From an uncultured virus (IMG/VR IMGVR_UViG_2617271265_000001) (lineage: Duplodnaviria > Heunggongvirae > Uroviricota > Caudoviricetes), in IMG/VR virus record IMGVR_UViG_2617271265_000001: DNA of 20,000 bases. One strand, 5' to 3'. The position numbers and the translations under genes were made by a program. The notes beneath the pieces were generated by a model that saw only the letters and a program-made list of their open reading frames with translations, was not told the origin of the DNA and did not search any database. Positions 1 to 8,639 of this stretch are shown here, in pieces (positions within the stretch are counted from its first letter, which is position 1; the number at the start of each line of letters is the position of its first letter).

Positions 1-681
1 GGTGTTGTGGTCGGTTGGATTGAAAAAGCTGTAAAATGGTTTACTGATTTACTCTCACCGGTAGAAAACACCACTGTTGAATTACTGGCAGCCTCTAGAG
101 CCGGTAGAGATTTTGGGGAATGGTTAGCCAAAGGTATTGACTTCGCTCTCAAACCACTCCAACTTTTAATTGATGGGGTTAAATGGCTAATTGATAATAT
201 GCCGAGCGTAGGTGATATTGCTACAAAACTTGTGCCAAAACAACATGCGGAACAAATCCAAAAAACGGCAGATATGGCTGCAATGACAGGATTTTCTAAA
301 GGCGGTTACACCGGCAATGGTGGCAAATATCAACCCATGGGAATTGTTCACGGTGGCGAATATGTGATGACAAAAGAAGCCACTTCACGCCTTGGCATTC
401 ATACCTTAAACGCCCTCAATTACGGCAAACAAGCCTTAATTGCAGGCGGATTGGGTATCAGTGTCGCCACAGCTGCACCGGTGCAAGTGGATCACCGACC
501 GCCAATTTCGGCACGTCCGGTCGTAACACAGGTTGCACAGCCGATGAATGTGCAAATCACGGTCAATGCGGCACAAGGTATGGACGAGCGAATGATTGCA
601 CAGCAAGTCGCAAAAGAGCTGCAACGTATCCAAAACCAACAACAAGCACGCACACGCAATAGTTTGCGTGATCGGGTCTAA
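1..681 (+). CDS. Tail tape measure protein, C-terminal part (gene starts before the window)
   Basis: Frame is open from the window edge. W/F-periodic helical repeats, the GFSKGGYTGNGGKYQPMGIVHGGEYV motif typical of tape measure C-termini, and a QITVNAA..IAQQVAKEL ending. Confidence 0.85.
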   Translation, partial: GVVVGWIEKAVKWFTDLLSPVENTTVELLAASRAGRDFGEWLAKGIDFALKPLQLLIDGVKWLIDNMPSVGDIATKLVPKQHAEQIQKTADMAAMTGFSKGGYTGNGGKYQPMGIVHGGEYVMTKEATSRLGIHTLNALNYGKQALIAGGLGISVATAAPVQVDHRPPISARPVVTQVAQPMNVQITVNAAQGMDERMIAQQVAKELQRIQNQQQARTRNSLRDRV

Positions 682-683
682 CC

Positions 684-704
684 AAAGGGCGAAAGCCCTT
701 TTTT
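684..704 (+). terminator. Intrinsic terminator after the tape measure gene
   Basis: AAAGGGC-GAAA-GCCCTTT hairpin with a GNRA loop, followed by a T run, right after the stop codon. Confidence 0.85.
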
Positions 705-705
705 G

Positions 706-734
706 TTGCACATCGCAGAAAATAGTTTTATATT
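706..734 (+). promoter_or_regulatory. Putative sigma70 promoter of the moron
   Basis: TTGCAC (706-711), 17 bp spacer, TATATT (729-734), just after the terminator and upstream of the ATG at 782. Confidence 0.55.
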
Positions 735-781
735 TGGGCAAAAGGTTGTAAACTTCGCAAACTTTTATTCTTTGGTGACTT

Positions 782-1336
782 ATGACAAATCTATCATTAA
801 ATCCTATTTTTGAAAGTTTTGCTCCAATTTTTAAGCAATTAAAAACTGCGGCAATGTCTGCATTATTGATTGTACCATTGGCAGAAAATCATCCTGTTCC
901 TAACACGACACAGTCTGTGAATATTTTTAGTGTACAAGCAGATAAAAGCAAATTGAGCAATCAAGATATAGAAAAAATTATTGATATGGTAAGAGCCGTT
1001 TCTGCTATTACTGATTTTGTTATTACATCAATTACACCTGAATCATTAAGTAATATTGATTTAAGTGATGTTCTAACATTAGAAGATAAAATCAATAGAT
1101 ATGATGATTTAGCTTATAAAATTATGGCTAATACAAACTCTCCAGAGTTATCATCAACACTACAATCATTCAGCAATAAAATGCATACCCTTTGCAATAT
1201 GATGAAATCAGAAAAATATAAACAACAATCAGATGAAGTGGTTTTATCCCGCCTTTACAATTCGAATCAAGATGTAGGCTATACTTATAATTCATCACAC
1301 TCTTTTGATGACTTCAAAAAAGCAATGATAATGTAG
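782..1336 (+). CDS. Hypothetical moron protein, 184 aa; candidate antitoxin/partner of the downstream toxin-like gene
   Basis: AT-rich ORF, apparently mostly helical, ending in SFDDFKKAMIM. Lies a few bp upstream of the toxin-like ORF. Function inferred from context only. Confidence 0.6.
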   Translation: MTNLSLNPIFESFAPIFKQLKTAAMSALLIVPLAENHPVPNTTQSVNIFSVQADKSKLSNQDIEKIIDMVRAVSAITDFVITSITPESLSNIDLSDVLTLEDKINRYDDLAYKIMANTNSPELSSTLQSFSNKMHTLCNMMKSEKYKQQSDEVVLSRLYNSNQDVGYTYNSSHSFDDFKKAMIM

Positions 1337-1345
1337 GTTTTGCGG

Positions 1346-1786
1346 ATGAAAGTTGAATTGTCAAAACAATTTAAAGAAGGGCGTTTAAATACGCCTTTTT
1401 TTAAAGATATTCAAGTAATGACCGATGATGAATTAAAACTTATTTTCGACTTTATGCAAGCTGTTGAACAAGGTAAACCCTTGCGTGGAAAAAATAAACC
1501 CTCTTGGATAGATGACAATCTCAACAAGATTATCCATACCGAGCTTTATCAAGAAAATAATATTTGGCATTATCATTGTGGCCCTTACAATGCTACAAGT
1601 ACAAAATATCATGCCGTATCAAGACTAAAATTAAATTTGGAAGGGGAAACTTCAGGTCCTATTATTCACTATCAAAAAATATCGGATGATCATATTCTTA
1701 TCATCGCATTTTCACCGAAACATGAACCTTTCCCACGAGAATGGGATGTACCTAATCCACTAATTGACCGGAGAGAAAATGAGTGA
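1346..1786 (+). CDS. Putative RelE/YafO-like toxin-fold protein (ribonuclease candidate)
   Basis: ATG at 1346 (MKVELSKQFK, a RelE-like strand-helix start). Motifs GKNKPSW, IWHYHCG, IIHYQK, ILIIAFSPKHEPF. The fold call is inference. Confidence 0.55.
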   Translation: MKVELSKQFKEGRLNTPFFKDIQVMTDDELKLIFDFMQAVEQGKPLRGKNKPSWIDDNLNKIIHTELYQENNIWHYHCGPYNATSTKYHAVSRLKLNLEGETSGPIIHYQKISDDHILIIAFSPKHEPFPREWDVPNPLIDRRENE

Positions 1787-1919
1787 ATTATTGACAATGA
1801 TCCATAAAAATGCGACAGATTTATATAAAGCCGAACTGATGGATAAAGAAACCATGCAAAAATTTGATGAATTATGTCTAACTGTCACTAAATCAAACAA
1901 TACAAAGCAAGTTAACTAG
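1779..1919 (+). pseudogene. 46-aa ORF resembling the N-terminus of a HigA-type antitoxin, without the HTH domain
   Basis: Not in the ORF track. GGAGAG RBS at 1770-1775. MSELLTMIHKNATDLYKAELMDKETMQKFDELCLT matches the 'H.TA..L..AG.ID..TM..FD.LCL' N-terminus of XRE antitoxins, then stops after 46 codons. Confidence 0.6.
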
Positions 1920-1931
1920 GCTTGCTTTTTT
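1904..1931 (+). terminator. Intrinsic terminator closing the moron
   Basis: AAAGCAAG...CTTGCTTT stem followed by a T run. Confidence 0.7.
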
Positions 1932-1989
1932 GTTACACCTCAATTCACACTTCCCCATCCTCGCATTTATCCCCTATCTCGCCAACAAT
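1928..1989 (+). promoter_or_regulatory. Late promoter pV with Ogr-type activator site
   Basis: TTTTGTTA-N8-TTCACA (TGT-N13-ACA), 11 bp, TCGCAT, 17 bp, AACAAT. The same architecture occurs upstream of the sheath gene. Confidence 0.7.
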
Positions 1990-2021
1990 AACGCTATTTA
2001 TTACAACTGAAAAAAGGTTTT

Positions 2022-2612
2022 ATGTTCGCCGAATTTAACCGCCGATTAGATAACCTCATTCGCTTTGGCACGATTGCCGAGGTAGATTATGCGACCGCCC
2101 GTGTGCGGGTAAAGAGCGGTCAGATTCTGACGAATTTTTTACCTTTTATTACGCTCCGTGCTGGCACAACAAAAACGTGGTCTCCGCCTACTGTGGATGA
2201 ACAATGTGTGATTTTGGCGGCAAGTGGTGAATTCACCACTGCTTGTGTATTGGTTGGGCTTTACACGCAAAACAGCCCAAGCCACTCCCCCGATTTACAC
2301 GTGATCCAATTTGCTGACGGTGCAACCATTGAATACAACCAAGCAATCGGGCGATTAAATGTTATTGGGATTAAATCCGCCTTTATCAATGCCAGTGAAC
2401 AAATTGATATTTTCTGCCCGACAGTAAACATCAAAGGCAATGTCAATATTAATGGTTCACTTTCAACCAGCGGTACAAGCACAACAAAAGGCAATGTCAG
2501 TACACAGGGCAGTGTAACGGCAAGCGGAGATATCAAAGGCGGCAGTATTAGCCTACAAAATCACAAACACCTTGAACAAGGTGACGGACAAGAGACAAGC
2601 AAAGCAAGATGA
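2022..2612 (+). CDS. V: Baseplate assembly/spike protein gpV
   Basis: NLIRFGTIAEVD, RAG..TWSPPTVDEQ motifs and C-terminal HKH iron-binding tip. Confidence 0.95.
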   Translation: MFAEFNRRLDNLIRFGTIAEVDYATARVRVKSGQILTNFLPFITLRAGTTKTWSPPTVDEQCVILAASGEFTTACVLVGLYTQNSPSHSPDLHVIQFADGATIEYNQAIGRLNVIGIKSAFINASEQIDIFCPTVNIKGNVNINGSLSTSGTSTTKGNVSTQGSVTASGDIKGGSISLQNHKHLEQGDGQETSKAR

Positions 2613-2947
2613 ATCGATATACCGGCGAAAATCTGACAGATGAAGGGCAACATATCAAACAATCTATTGCCGATATTCTACTCACACCCATAGGCTCACG
2701 TATTCAACGGCGGGAATATGGCAGCCTGATTCCCATGCTGATTGACCGCCCGATTAGTAGCACGCTTCTACTACAACTTGCCGCTTGTGCCGTTACAGCT
2801 CTCAACCGTTGGGAACCCCGTGTGCAAATTACCCAATTTAAACCGCAACTAACAGAGCGAGGCATTAGTGCAAGTTATGTGGTGCGTTATCGCAAAAATA
2901 ATCAAGAAATTCGCAATGAACAACTTTTACTCGGTGGCAAACAATGA
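2609..2947 (+). CDS. W: Baseplate wedge protein gpW (gp25 family)
   Basis: HIKQSIADILLTPIGSRIQRREYGS and RWEPRV motifs; ATGA overlap with V. Confidence 0.95.
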   Translation: MNRYTGENLTDEGQHIKQSIADILLTPIGSRIQRREYGSLIPMLIDRPISSTLLLQLAACAVTALNRWEPRVQITQFKPQLTERGISASYVVRYRKNNQEIRNEQLLLGGKQ

Positions 2948-3858
2948 GCGAACTAGTCGATTTATCAAAACTTGATGCACCCAAAGTGCTTGAAGATTTA
3001 AATTTTGAAACCTTATTGGCAGAACGCAAAGCAGAATTTATCGCTTTATTTCCGCAAGAAGAACGCACATTTTGGCAAGCCCGATTAAGTCTTGAAAGCG
3101 AGCCCATTACCAAGTTACTGCAAGAAGTCGTTTATCTGCAATTACTTGAACGCTCTCGCATTAACCAAGCGGCACAGGCGACTATGTTGGCGTATGCCTC
3201 GGATTCGGATCTTGATGTCATCGCAGCCAACTTCAACGTGAAACGCCAAGTCATTCAAGCAGAAGACAACAGTGTCACGCCAAAAATATCGGCTATTTTA
3301 GAAGATGACACCTCATTACGATTACGCACGCAGCTTGCATTTGAGGGGCTTTCTGTCGCTGGTCCACGCTCTGCTTATGTGTTCCATGCACTTTCAGCAC
3401 ACCCCGAAGTCGCCGATGTTTCAGTGGTTTCCCCCGAACCGGCACAAGTCACTGTCACGATTTTAAGCCGAATCGGGCAAGGTGTTGCAAGCGAACAAGT
3501 GTTAAACGCCGTGCGCAATAAACTCAACGATGACAATATTCGTCCCATCGGTGATCGGGTCAAGGTGCAAAGTGCGGTCATTCAAAATTACGAAATCCGC
3601 GCAAAATTGCATTTATACCGTGGGCCAGAATACGAACCCATTAAAGCACAAGCCTTGAAAAATCTCACCGCCTACACGGAAGAAAAACGCCGCTTAGGGC
3701 GCGATGTCAGCCTTTCCGGCATTTATGCCGCCTTGCATTTAGAGGGCGTGCAACGTGTGGAATTATTAAGCCCAACAGCGGACATTGTGCTGCCAAGCTC
3801 AAAATCCGCCTATTGCAGCAACATCAATATTGAGATTACGACAAGCGATGATTACTAA
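2944..3858 (+). CDS. J: Baseplate assembly protein gpJ
   Basis: DLSKLDAPKVLE, LESEPITKLL, FEGLSVAGPRSAY, RPIGDRV motifs; synteny. Confidence 0.95.
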   Translation: MSELVDLSKLDAPKVLEDLNFETLLAERKAEFIALFPQEERTFWQARLSLESEPITKLLQEVVYLQLLERSRINQAAQATMLAYASDSDLDVIAANFNVKRQVIQAEDNSVTPKISAILEDDTSLRLRTQLAFEGLSVAGPRSAYVFHALSAHPEVADVSVVSPEPAQVTVTILSRIGQGVASEQVLNAVRNKLNDDNIRPIGDRVKVQSAVIQNYEIRAKLHLYRGPEYEPIKAQALKNLTAYTEEKRRLGRDVSLSGIYAALHLEGVQRVELLSPTADIVLPSSKSAYCSNINIEITTSDDY

Positions 3859-4381
3859 CCATTTATTGCCAATCGGTTCAACGCCGTTAGAAAAACGCGC
3901 AGCGGAAATTTTAAAAAGTGCGGTTGAAAATCCGATTATTATTGCTGATTTAATCAATCCTGACCGTTGTCCGGTTGCATTGCTCCCTTATTTAGCTTGG
4001 GCGTTTTCCGTAGATAAATGGGATGAAAGTTGGACGGAAGAAGTCAAACGCATTGCAATCAAGCAATCTTATTTCGTGCATAAACACAAAGGCACAATTG
4101 CCGCGGTCAAGCGCGTGATTGCGCCCATCGGCTATTTAGTTGAATTGAAAGAATGGTTTACTACAACCCCACAAGGCACACCCGGCACATTCAGCATAAC
4201 CATTGAAGTTCCGGAAAGCGGCTTAAACGAACAAACTTACAATGAACTGGTGCGCTTAATCAACGATGTAAAGCCGGTATCTCGGCATCTTAATCAATTG
4301 GCTATCGCAATATCGCCGACCGGGCAAATGTGTACATTTATCGGACAAAATAGCGGCGACATTATCACGGTTTATCAATAA
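3848..4381 (+). CDS. I: Tail protein gpI
   Basis: Start moved to ATG 3848 (MITNHLLP). CPVALLPYLAWAFSVDKWD, HKHKGT, KPVSRH motifs. Confidence 0.93.
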   Translation: MITNHLLPIGSTPLEKRAAEILKSAVENPIIIADLINPDRCPVALLPYLAWAFSVDKWDESWTEEVKRIAIKQSYFVHKHKGTIAAVKRVIAPIGYLVELKEWFTTTPQGTPGTFSITIEVPESGLNEQTYNELVRLINDVKPVSRHLNQLAIAISPTGQMCTFIGQNSGDIITVYQ

Positions 4382-4393
4382 ACAGGCTAAGTT

Positions 4394-6340
4394 ATGACAA
4401 AACAATTTTTTGCCGTATTAACCCATTACGGTACCCAAACAATTGCAAGTGCGGTTGCCAATAAACAACCGTTAAAAATCACACATATGGCGGTCGGCGA
4501 TGGTAACGGAAGCGCCGTTGTGCCGACTGCCGCGCAGACAAAACTGACAAAAGAGGTGTATCGCTCGACAATTAGCGCTGTCAGCGTCGATCCGCGTAAC
4601 AATAAACAGGTGATCTTTGAATTAACCATCCCCGAAACTGTCGGCGGATTTTATGTACGGGAAATGGGGATCTTTGATAGCAATAATAAGCTGGTTGCCA
4701 TTGCCAACTGTCCGGAAAGTTATAAACCTGCATTGGCCAGCGGCAGCGGTAAAGTACAGGTGCTACGGATGATACTGACTGTCAGCACATCAGATGCCAT
4801 CACATTAACCGTGGATGATACGGTAATCTTTGTCACACGCGGACAGCTCACGCCGCAAACCATTACCGCAACCAGCGCAAACGGCTTTGACAACAACGGT
4901 CACACTCATGAAATCGACAAAGCCGACACAACTAAAGCGGGCATCGTACAACTCACAAGCGACACGGGACTAGACAGCGAAAAACTGGCGCTTACCGCTC
5001 GCGCCGGTCGCAAACTGGCACAACTCATTGCGTCAATACAACAGGCGCTGCATAACTACATCCCACTTAATAACCGGTCATCCGCCGTCAACAGCACAAG
5101 CACTGAGAACGTGGCCACATCGGCTGCGGCAAAAACCGCGTATGATAAAGGCGTGGAGGCTAAATCTGCAGCGGACAATGCACAACGCACCGCAAATAGT
5201 GCAAATAATAACGCAAACAGCAGGGTGTCAAAAAACGGTGATACGATGACCGGACATTTACACGTTAAAAACGGCGACTATTCATCGCTGAGAACTTATA
5301 ATCAATCTGGATATGGTGTGAGATGGGAGTCGGCGCCAGAAAGTGCAAATAATATTGCCGCTATCGTACAAACAGATCCGAATGATAAGGTAATATATAA
5401 ATATCTAATCCCAAGTAAAAGTGGTACCGCTGCGTTACTTGAAGATTTGAGCTGGGGTAATCTGAGGGGGATTCCGAATACTGCGAGCCGTTGGCCTGCT
5501 TGGAATGAAGTAACAAGTAAACCGTCCACATTTCCGCCGTCATCGCATAATCACGCATGGACACAAATTACAAATGCGCCGGCAACTGCAACCCGTTGGC
5601 CTGCTTGGAGTGAGGTAACGAGTAAGCCAACCACAATCGCTGGCTATGGAATAGCTGACTTTATAGTAAAAAATCTCGGTACTGAAGATTTAGACAAAAT
5701 CACAACAGTAGGGTTATATGGCCAGGCAGCAAATGCAAATACTGCTTCGCAACGTCATTACCCGGAAAATCAGGCGGGTTCTCTGATTGTTACGCTGTCA
5801 GCATATGGTGTACAACAAGAATACACAACATATGGATCAAAAAATAAGTATGTGCGGGGGCGTAACGAAAACGCATGGACTGCATGGAAACGCATTGACG
5901 GGTCAGACTGGAACGAAATTCGAAGCAAGCCCTCAACATTTCCGCCGTCATCACATAATCACGCATGGACACAAATTACAAATGCGCCGGCAACCGCAAC
6001 CCGGTGGCCGACTTGGAGCGAGGTAACGAGTAAACCTTCAACATTCCCGCCATCATCGCATAATCACGCATGGACACAAATTACAAATGCACCGGCAACT
6101 GCGACGCGCTGGCCGACTTGGAATGAAGTATCAGGTAAGCCGCAAGTTGTGCAAGATGTGCGTTTAGGTGCGACTGTCAGCCGGAAATTGGAAAATAAGG
6201 AATGGCAAACGCATGGTGCGGGTTACGTTGTGACCGGATTTTACAATTATAGCGATGATTTGCATGCGAACGATTGGGTTTATGTCAAACCGATCCAGAA
6301 AAACATAAACGGTACATGGGTGACTGTGGCTAATGCATAG
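4394..6340 (+). CDS. H: Tail fibre protein gpH with internal repeats and knob domain
   Basis: P2 H-type N-terminus (MAVGDGNG, GGFYVREMG, NCPESYKP, GSGKVQVLRM), 35-aa HxH repeats, knob-like domain, C-terminal VQDVRLG...PIQKNINGTWVTV. Confidence 0.93.
   Translation: MTKQFFAVLTHYGTQTIASAVANKQPLKITHMAVGDGNGSAVVPTAAQTKLTKEVYRSTISAVSVDPRNNKQVIFELTIPETVGGFYVREMGIFDSNNKLVAIANCPESYKPALASGSGKVQVLRMILTVSTSDAITLTVDDTVIFVTRGQLTPQTITATSANGFDNNGHTHEIDKADTTKAGIVQLTSDTGLDSEKLALTARAGRKLAQLIASIQQALHNYIPLNNRSSAVNSTSTENVATSAAAKTAYDKGVEAKSAADNAQRTANSANNNANSRVSKNGDTMTGHLHVKNGDYSSLRTYNQSGYGVRWESAPESANNIAAIVQTDPNDKVIYKYLIPSKSGTAALLEDLSWGNLRGIPNTASRWPAWNEVTSKPSTFPPSSHNHAWTQITNAPATATRWPAWSEVTSKPTTIAGYGIADFIVKNLGTEDLDKITTVGLYGQAANANTASQRHYPENQAGSLIVTLSAYGVQQEYTTYGSKNKYVRGRNENAWTAWKRIDGSDWNEIRSKPSTFPPSSHNHAWTQITNAPATATRWPTWSEVTSKPSTFPPSSHNHAWTQITNAPATATRWPTWNEVSGKPQVVQDVRLGATVSRKLENKEWQTHGAGYVVTGFYNYSDDLHANDWVYVKPIQKNINGTWVTVANA
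5489..6142 (+). repeat. Three ~105-bp (35-aa) repeats in the tail fibre gene
   Basis: Identical 32-bp core CATAATCACGCATGGACACAAATTACAAATGC at 5546, 5954 and 6059; peptide KPSTFPPSSHNHAWTQITNAPATATRWP three times. Confidence 0.95.
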
Positions 6341-6352
6341 TATGGAGAGTAT

Positions 6353-7075
6353 ATGCTAAAACATATTAAAAACTTAACACAATATACGCCGGAAGAAAAA
6401 GAGTTCGGTGAAGACGTACTTTACTTAAAAGGTGAAAGCGGAGAGGACTGGTATCATGCACAATCCGAGTTTAAAACTGATACTGTAAAAGTGGCTTACA
6501 ATAACGACGGTCTGATTGTTTCACAATCTAATGATGTTACTGCTCTTTTTCCCCTTGGTCTCAGTGTCATCGAAATAGAAAGTGAAAATCGACAGGATTT
6601 AATTGGGAAATATATCAAAAATGGAATGTTGATAGACGCACCGCCATCAAATTTACACGAATGGAACGGCAAAGGCTGGATAATATCCGCTGAAAATAAG
6701 ACCGCGCTTTTGGTAAAAAAGAAAGACGAGTTAATTAAGCAGCTCGCAAAAAAGACTGACACACTCAAATCATCATTGTTAGTCGGCTACCCGCAAACCG
6801 AAATCGACAGCTTTTATCGTCAAGAATCTGAAGCGTTAGCATGGCAAGCTGATAACAATGCTGCCACACCGATGCTTAAGCAAATTGCTGCCAATCGTGG
6901 TATAGATTTTGAGGTACTGGTGACTAAAGTGCTGGATAAATCAGATCAGTTTGCCGTCGCTGTCGGAGCGATTATTGGTCAACGGCAAAAGTTTGAAGAT
7001 TGGATTTTAGCAGCAGAAAATCAGGAAACGTTAGAGCAAATTAGCAAAGAGGTGGATGCATGGCAACTAAATTAA
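6353..7075 (+). CDS. Tail fibre assembly/chaperone protein
   Basis: Directly after the fibre. LYLKGESGEDWY..Q N-terminus, PPSNLHEWNGKGW, YPQTEIDSFYRQESEALAW and IIGQRQKFED motifs typical of fibre assembly proteins. Confidence 0.8.
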   Translation: MLKHIKNLTQYTPEEKEFGEDVLYLKGESGEDWYHAQSEFKTDTVKVAYNNDGLIVSQSNDVTALFPLGLSVIEIESENRQDLIGKYIKNGMLIDAPPSNLHEWNGKGWIISAENKTALLVKKKDELIKQLAKKTDTLKSSLLVGYPQTEIDSFYRQESEALAWQADNNAATPMLKQIAANRGIDFEVLVTKVLDKSDQFAVAVGAIIGQRQKFEDWILAAENQETLEQISKEVDAWQLN

Positions 7076-7323
7076 AATCATGGCTATATCATGTCTTGAT
7101 CGCATTAGACCAACTGGCCAACGCATTAAGCGGTGGTGCAGCAGATGAAACATTTTCCAGTCGGTGTTACCGTGGCGCAGTGCTATCGGCGAACCCGAAA
7201 AAGCGCTGGCGCTTTTGGTTCAGATTTGTCAATGCGTTATTTTTCGATAAAGATCACTGCAAAACAGCCTACGAAAGTGAAGTTAACCGCAAGCAGTTCC
7301 CGCCGGATTTTCAAAAGATCTGA
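7060..7323 (+). CDS. Conserved phage hypothetical protein
   Basis: LIALDQLANAL.GG..DET.SSR and F..DHC..AYE motifs, a type commonly seen after tail fibre loci; GAGGTG RBS. Confidence 0.8.
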   Translation: MATKLKSWLYHVLIALDQLANALSGGAADETFSSRCYRGAVLSANPKKRWRFWFRFVNALFFDKDHCKTAYESEVNRKQFPPDFQKI

Positions 7324-7331
7324 TCGAAATT

Positions 7332-7353
7332 GACCGCACTTTTGCGGTCTTTT
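7332..7353 (+). terminator. Terminator hairpin built on an uptake signal sequence
   Basis: GACCGCA-CTTT-TGCGGTC then TTTT; contains ACCGCACTT (reverse USS core). Confidence 0.7.
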
Positions 7354-7411
7354 GTTAGTCCGTTTTTCACATTTTCAATCGGTCGCAAAGTTTAAACAAT
7401 CACCACAAAAT
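7350..7411 (+). promoter_or_regulatory. Late promoter pF with Ogr-type activator site
   Basis: TTTTGTTA-N8-TTCACA, 11 bp, TCGCAA, 17 bp, CAAAAT; spacing identical to the element upstream of V. Confidence 0.7.
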
Positions 7412-7451
7412 AGCCCTATCTTTTTAATCCGCAAAAACATAGGGCTTAATT

Positions 7452-8636
7452 ATGTCTGAAGAATATCTCCACGGTGTCAAAGTTACGGAAATTTCCGAAG
7501 CCTTGCGCACCTTGACGACATCATCTACTGCCGTCATTGGCTTGGTTGCGACTGCATCTGATGCAGACAATGAAACCTTCCCACTCAACAAACCCACATT
7601 GCTCACCGGCATTACGCCGTCAATGATTGCCAAAGCAGGTAAAACCGGCACGCTTTCCCGTGCATTAGACGGCATTTTAGATATTGTCAATTGTAAAGTT
7701 GTTGTGATCCGCGTGGAAGAAAGTGACGATGAATCACAAACGAAAGCTAACGTGATCGGCGGTGTCGATGATGAAGGTAATTACACCGGCTTGAAAGCAT
7801 TTTTAATTTCTGCTGCCGTTTGCGGTGTCAAACCACGCATTTTCTGTGTGCCGAAATATGACAGCCAAGACGTAACAACCGAACTATTAACCGTCGCGCA
7901 AAAGCTCAACGGCTTTGTCTATGCCTCCTGTTACGGCTGCAACACCAAAGAACAAGCCGTCACTTATCGCCGCCAATTTTCGCAACGTGAATTAATGTTG
8001 ATTTTTGGTGATTTCCTCTCTTTCAATCCAAACACCAAACAAACTGAAGTGGATTATGCTGTAGTGCGTGCTGCTGCTATGCGTGCATTCCAAGATAAAG
8101 AATTTGGTTGGCATACCTCTATCTCAAACAAGGGTTTAAATGGTGTAACAGGTGTTACAAAACCGCTTTCGTTCGACATCAACGACAGTGCGACCGATGT
8201 CAATTATTTGAACGAACAAGGCATTACCGCTTGTATTAATTACAACGGTTACAAATTCTGGGGCTTGCGTACCTGTTCCGCCGATAAATTGTTCATCTAC
8301 GAAAACTACACCCGCACCGCACAAGTGTTGAAAGACACTATCGCACAATCATTCGATTGGGCTGTGGATAAGGACATTTCGGTCAATCTTGTAAAAGAGA
8401 TTGTGGAAGCGATCAATGCGAAATGGCGTGAATTTGTGGCGAAAGGTTATTTGATTGGCGGTAAAGCCTTTATCAATCCTGAATTAAACACGGCAGCGAC
8501 ATTAAAAGATGCAAAATTGCTTATCTCTTATGATTACTGCCCTGTGCCGCCGTTAGAACAACTTGGCTTTAACCAATACATCAGCGATGAATATTTGGTT
8601 GAATTTGCTGCAAATATTGCAAAAGTAGGAGCGTAA
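7452..8636 (+). CDS. FI: Tail sheath protein FI
   Basis: YLHGVKVTE, TAVIGLVATA, GWHTSISN, FWGLRTCS, YDYCPVPPLE motifs. Confidence 0.96.
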   Translation: MSEEYLHGVKVTEISEALRTLTTSSTAVIGLVATASDADNETFPLNKPTLLTGITPSMIAKAGKTGTLSRALDGILDIVNCKVVVIRVEESDDESQTKANVIGGVDDEGNYTGLKAFLISAAVCGVKPRIFCVPKYDSQDVTTELLTVAQKLNGFVYASCYGCNTKEQAVTYRRQFSQRELMLIFGDFLSFNPNTKQTEVDYAVVRAAAMRAFQDKEFGWHTSISNKGLNGVTGVTKPLSFDINDSATDVNYLNEQGITACINYNGYKFWGLRTCSADKLFIYENYTRTAQVLKDTIAQSFDWAVDKDISVNLVKEIVEAINAKWREFVAKGYLIGGKAFINPELNTAATLKDAKLLISYDYCPVPPLEQLGFNQYISDEYLVEFAANIAKVGA

Positions 8637-8639
8637 CAA

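Noticed and set aside
5489..6142. CRISPR-like array from the 32-bp identical cores
   Set aside because: The repeats are in-frame coding sequence, irregularly spaced, and the intervening sequence is also repeated.
5489..6340. Possible DGR target/template pair or invertible fibre cassette
   Set aside because: Differences between repeats are mostly synonymous and not adenine-specific; no reverse transcriptase, invertase or inverted second fibre tip in the window.
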